Shown in pieces: positions 54,899-55,032 of a stretch of DNA of 55,032 bases (position 1 is its first letter; each line of letters opens with the position of its first letter). The position numbers and the translations under genes are program-made. Under the pieces are notes generated by a model that was given only the letters and a program-made list of their open reading frames with translations, ran no database searches and was not told the DNA's origin. The DNA is from a virus (lineage: Duplodnaviria; Caudoviricetes): positions 1-55,032 of IMG/VR virus record IMGVR_UViG_3300045020_000011; one strand, 5' to 3'.

Positions 54899-55032
54899 TT
54901 GAAATTCACGAACGGGTGGCTGCCCTGGAACAAGCCCGAAAGACTGACAAAGAAACGATTGATAAAATTCTCCTGCATGTGAAGTCCATTGATGAGAACT
55001 TGAACCGATACAAGGGATTTCTTGGAGCAGTT
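54895..55032 (+). CDS. Small membrane protein spanning the circular junction (continues to TAA at 170-172; coiled coil plus C-terminal TM helix; lysis-associated candidate)
   Basis: Joined translation MIEIHERVAALEQARKTDKETIDKILLHVKSIDENLNRYKGFLGAVWFVISCVGIFFSAFKFFHKG; lies directly upstream of the holin. Confidence 0.7.
   Translation, partial: MIEIHERVAALEQARKTDKETIDKILLHVKSIDENLNRYKGFLGAV
54924..55032. repeat. Terminal direct repeat, right copy
   Basis: Matches 1-109 at 108 of 109 positions. Confidence 0.95.

Overview
The window is an essentially complete, circularly permuted genome (about 54.9 kb) of a lytic podovirus-like dsDNA phage. Bases 1-109 are repeated at 54924-55032 and cut through a gene. 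There are two arms. The + strand late arm (42.5 kb, through the junction, to 13.5 kb) carries TerS, HNH, TerL, portal, a GroES-like protein, scaffold, capsid, several fibre/spike proteins, P22-like tail proteins, ejection proteins, holin and endolysin. The - strand early/middle arm (41.7 to 13.6 kb) carries small early genes, a peptide/amide-ligase cluster, primase, protease, helicase, a split PolA, SSB, nucleases, nucleotide enzymes and a class II RNR. The arms diverge from back-to-back sigma70 promoters near 42.3 kb and converge on a bidirectional terminator near 13.55 kb. I found no integrase, RNA polymerase, tRNA or CRISPR array. Most notable: (1) a two-glutaminase, two-amidoligase, ATP-grasp operon followed by a GcvH-like protein whose lipoyl Lys is replaced by Asp; (2) a canonical hammerhead ribozyme between tandem paralogous early genes, with a possible translation-coupled switch; (3) a 22-bp imperfect palindrome dispersed across the genome; (4) a 15-nt perfect complement of the 16S rRNA 3' end in the late leader. 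All family calls come from motif recognition by eye, not database searches.
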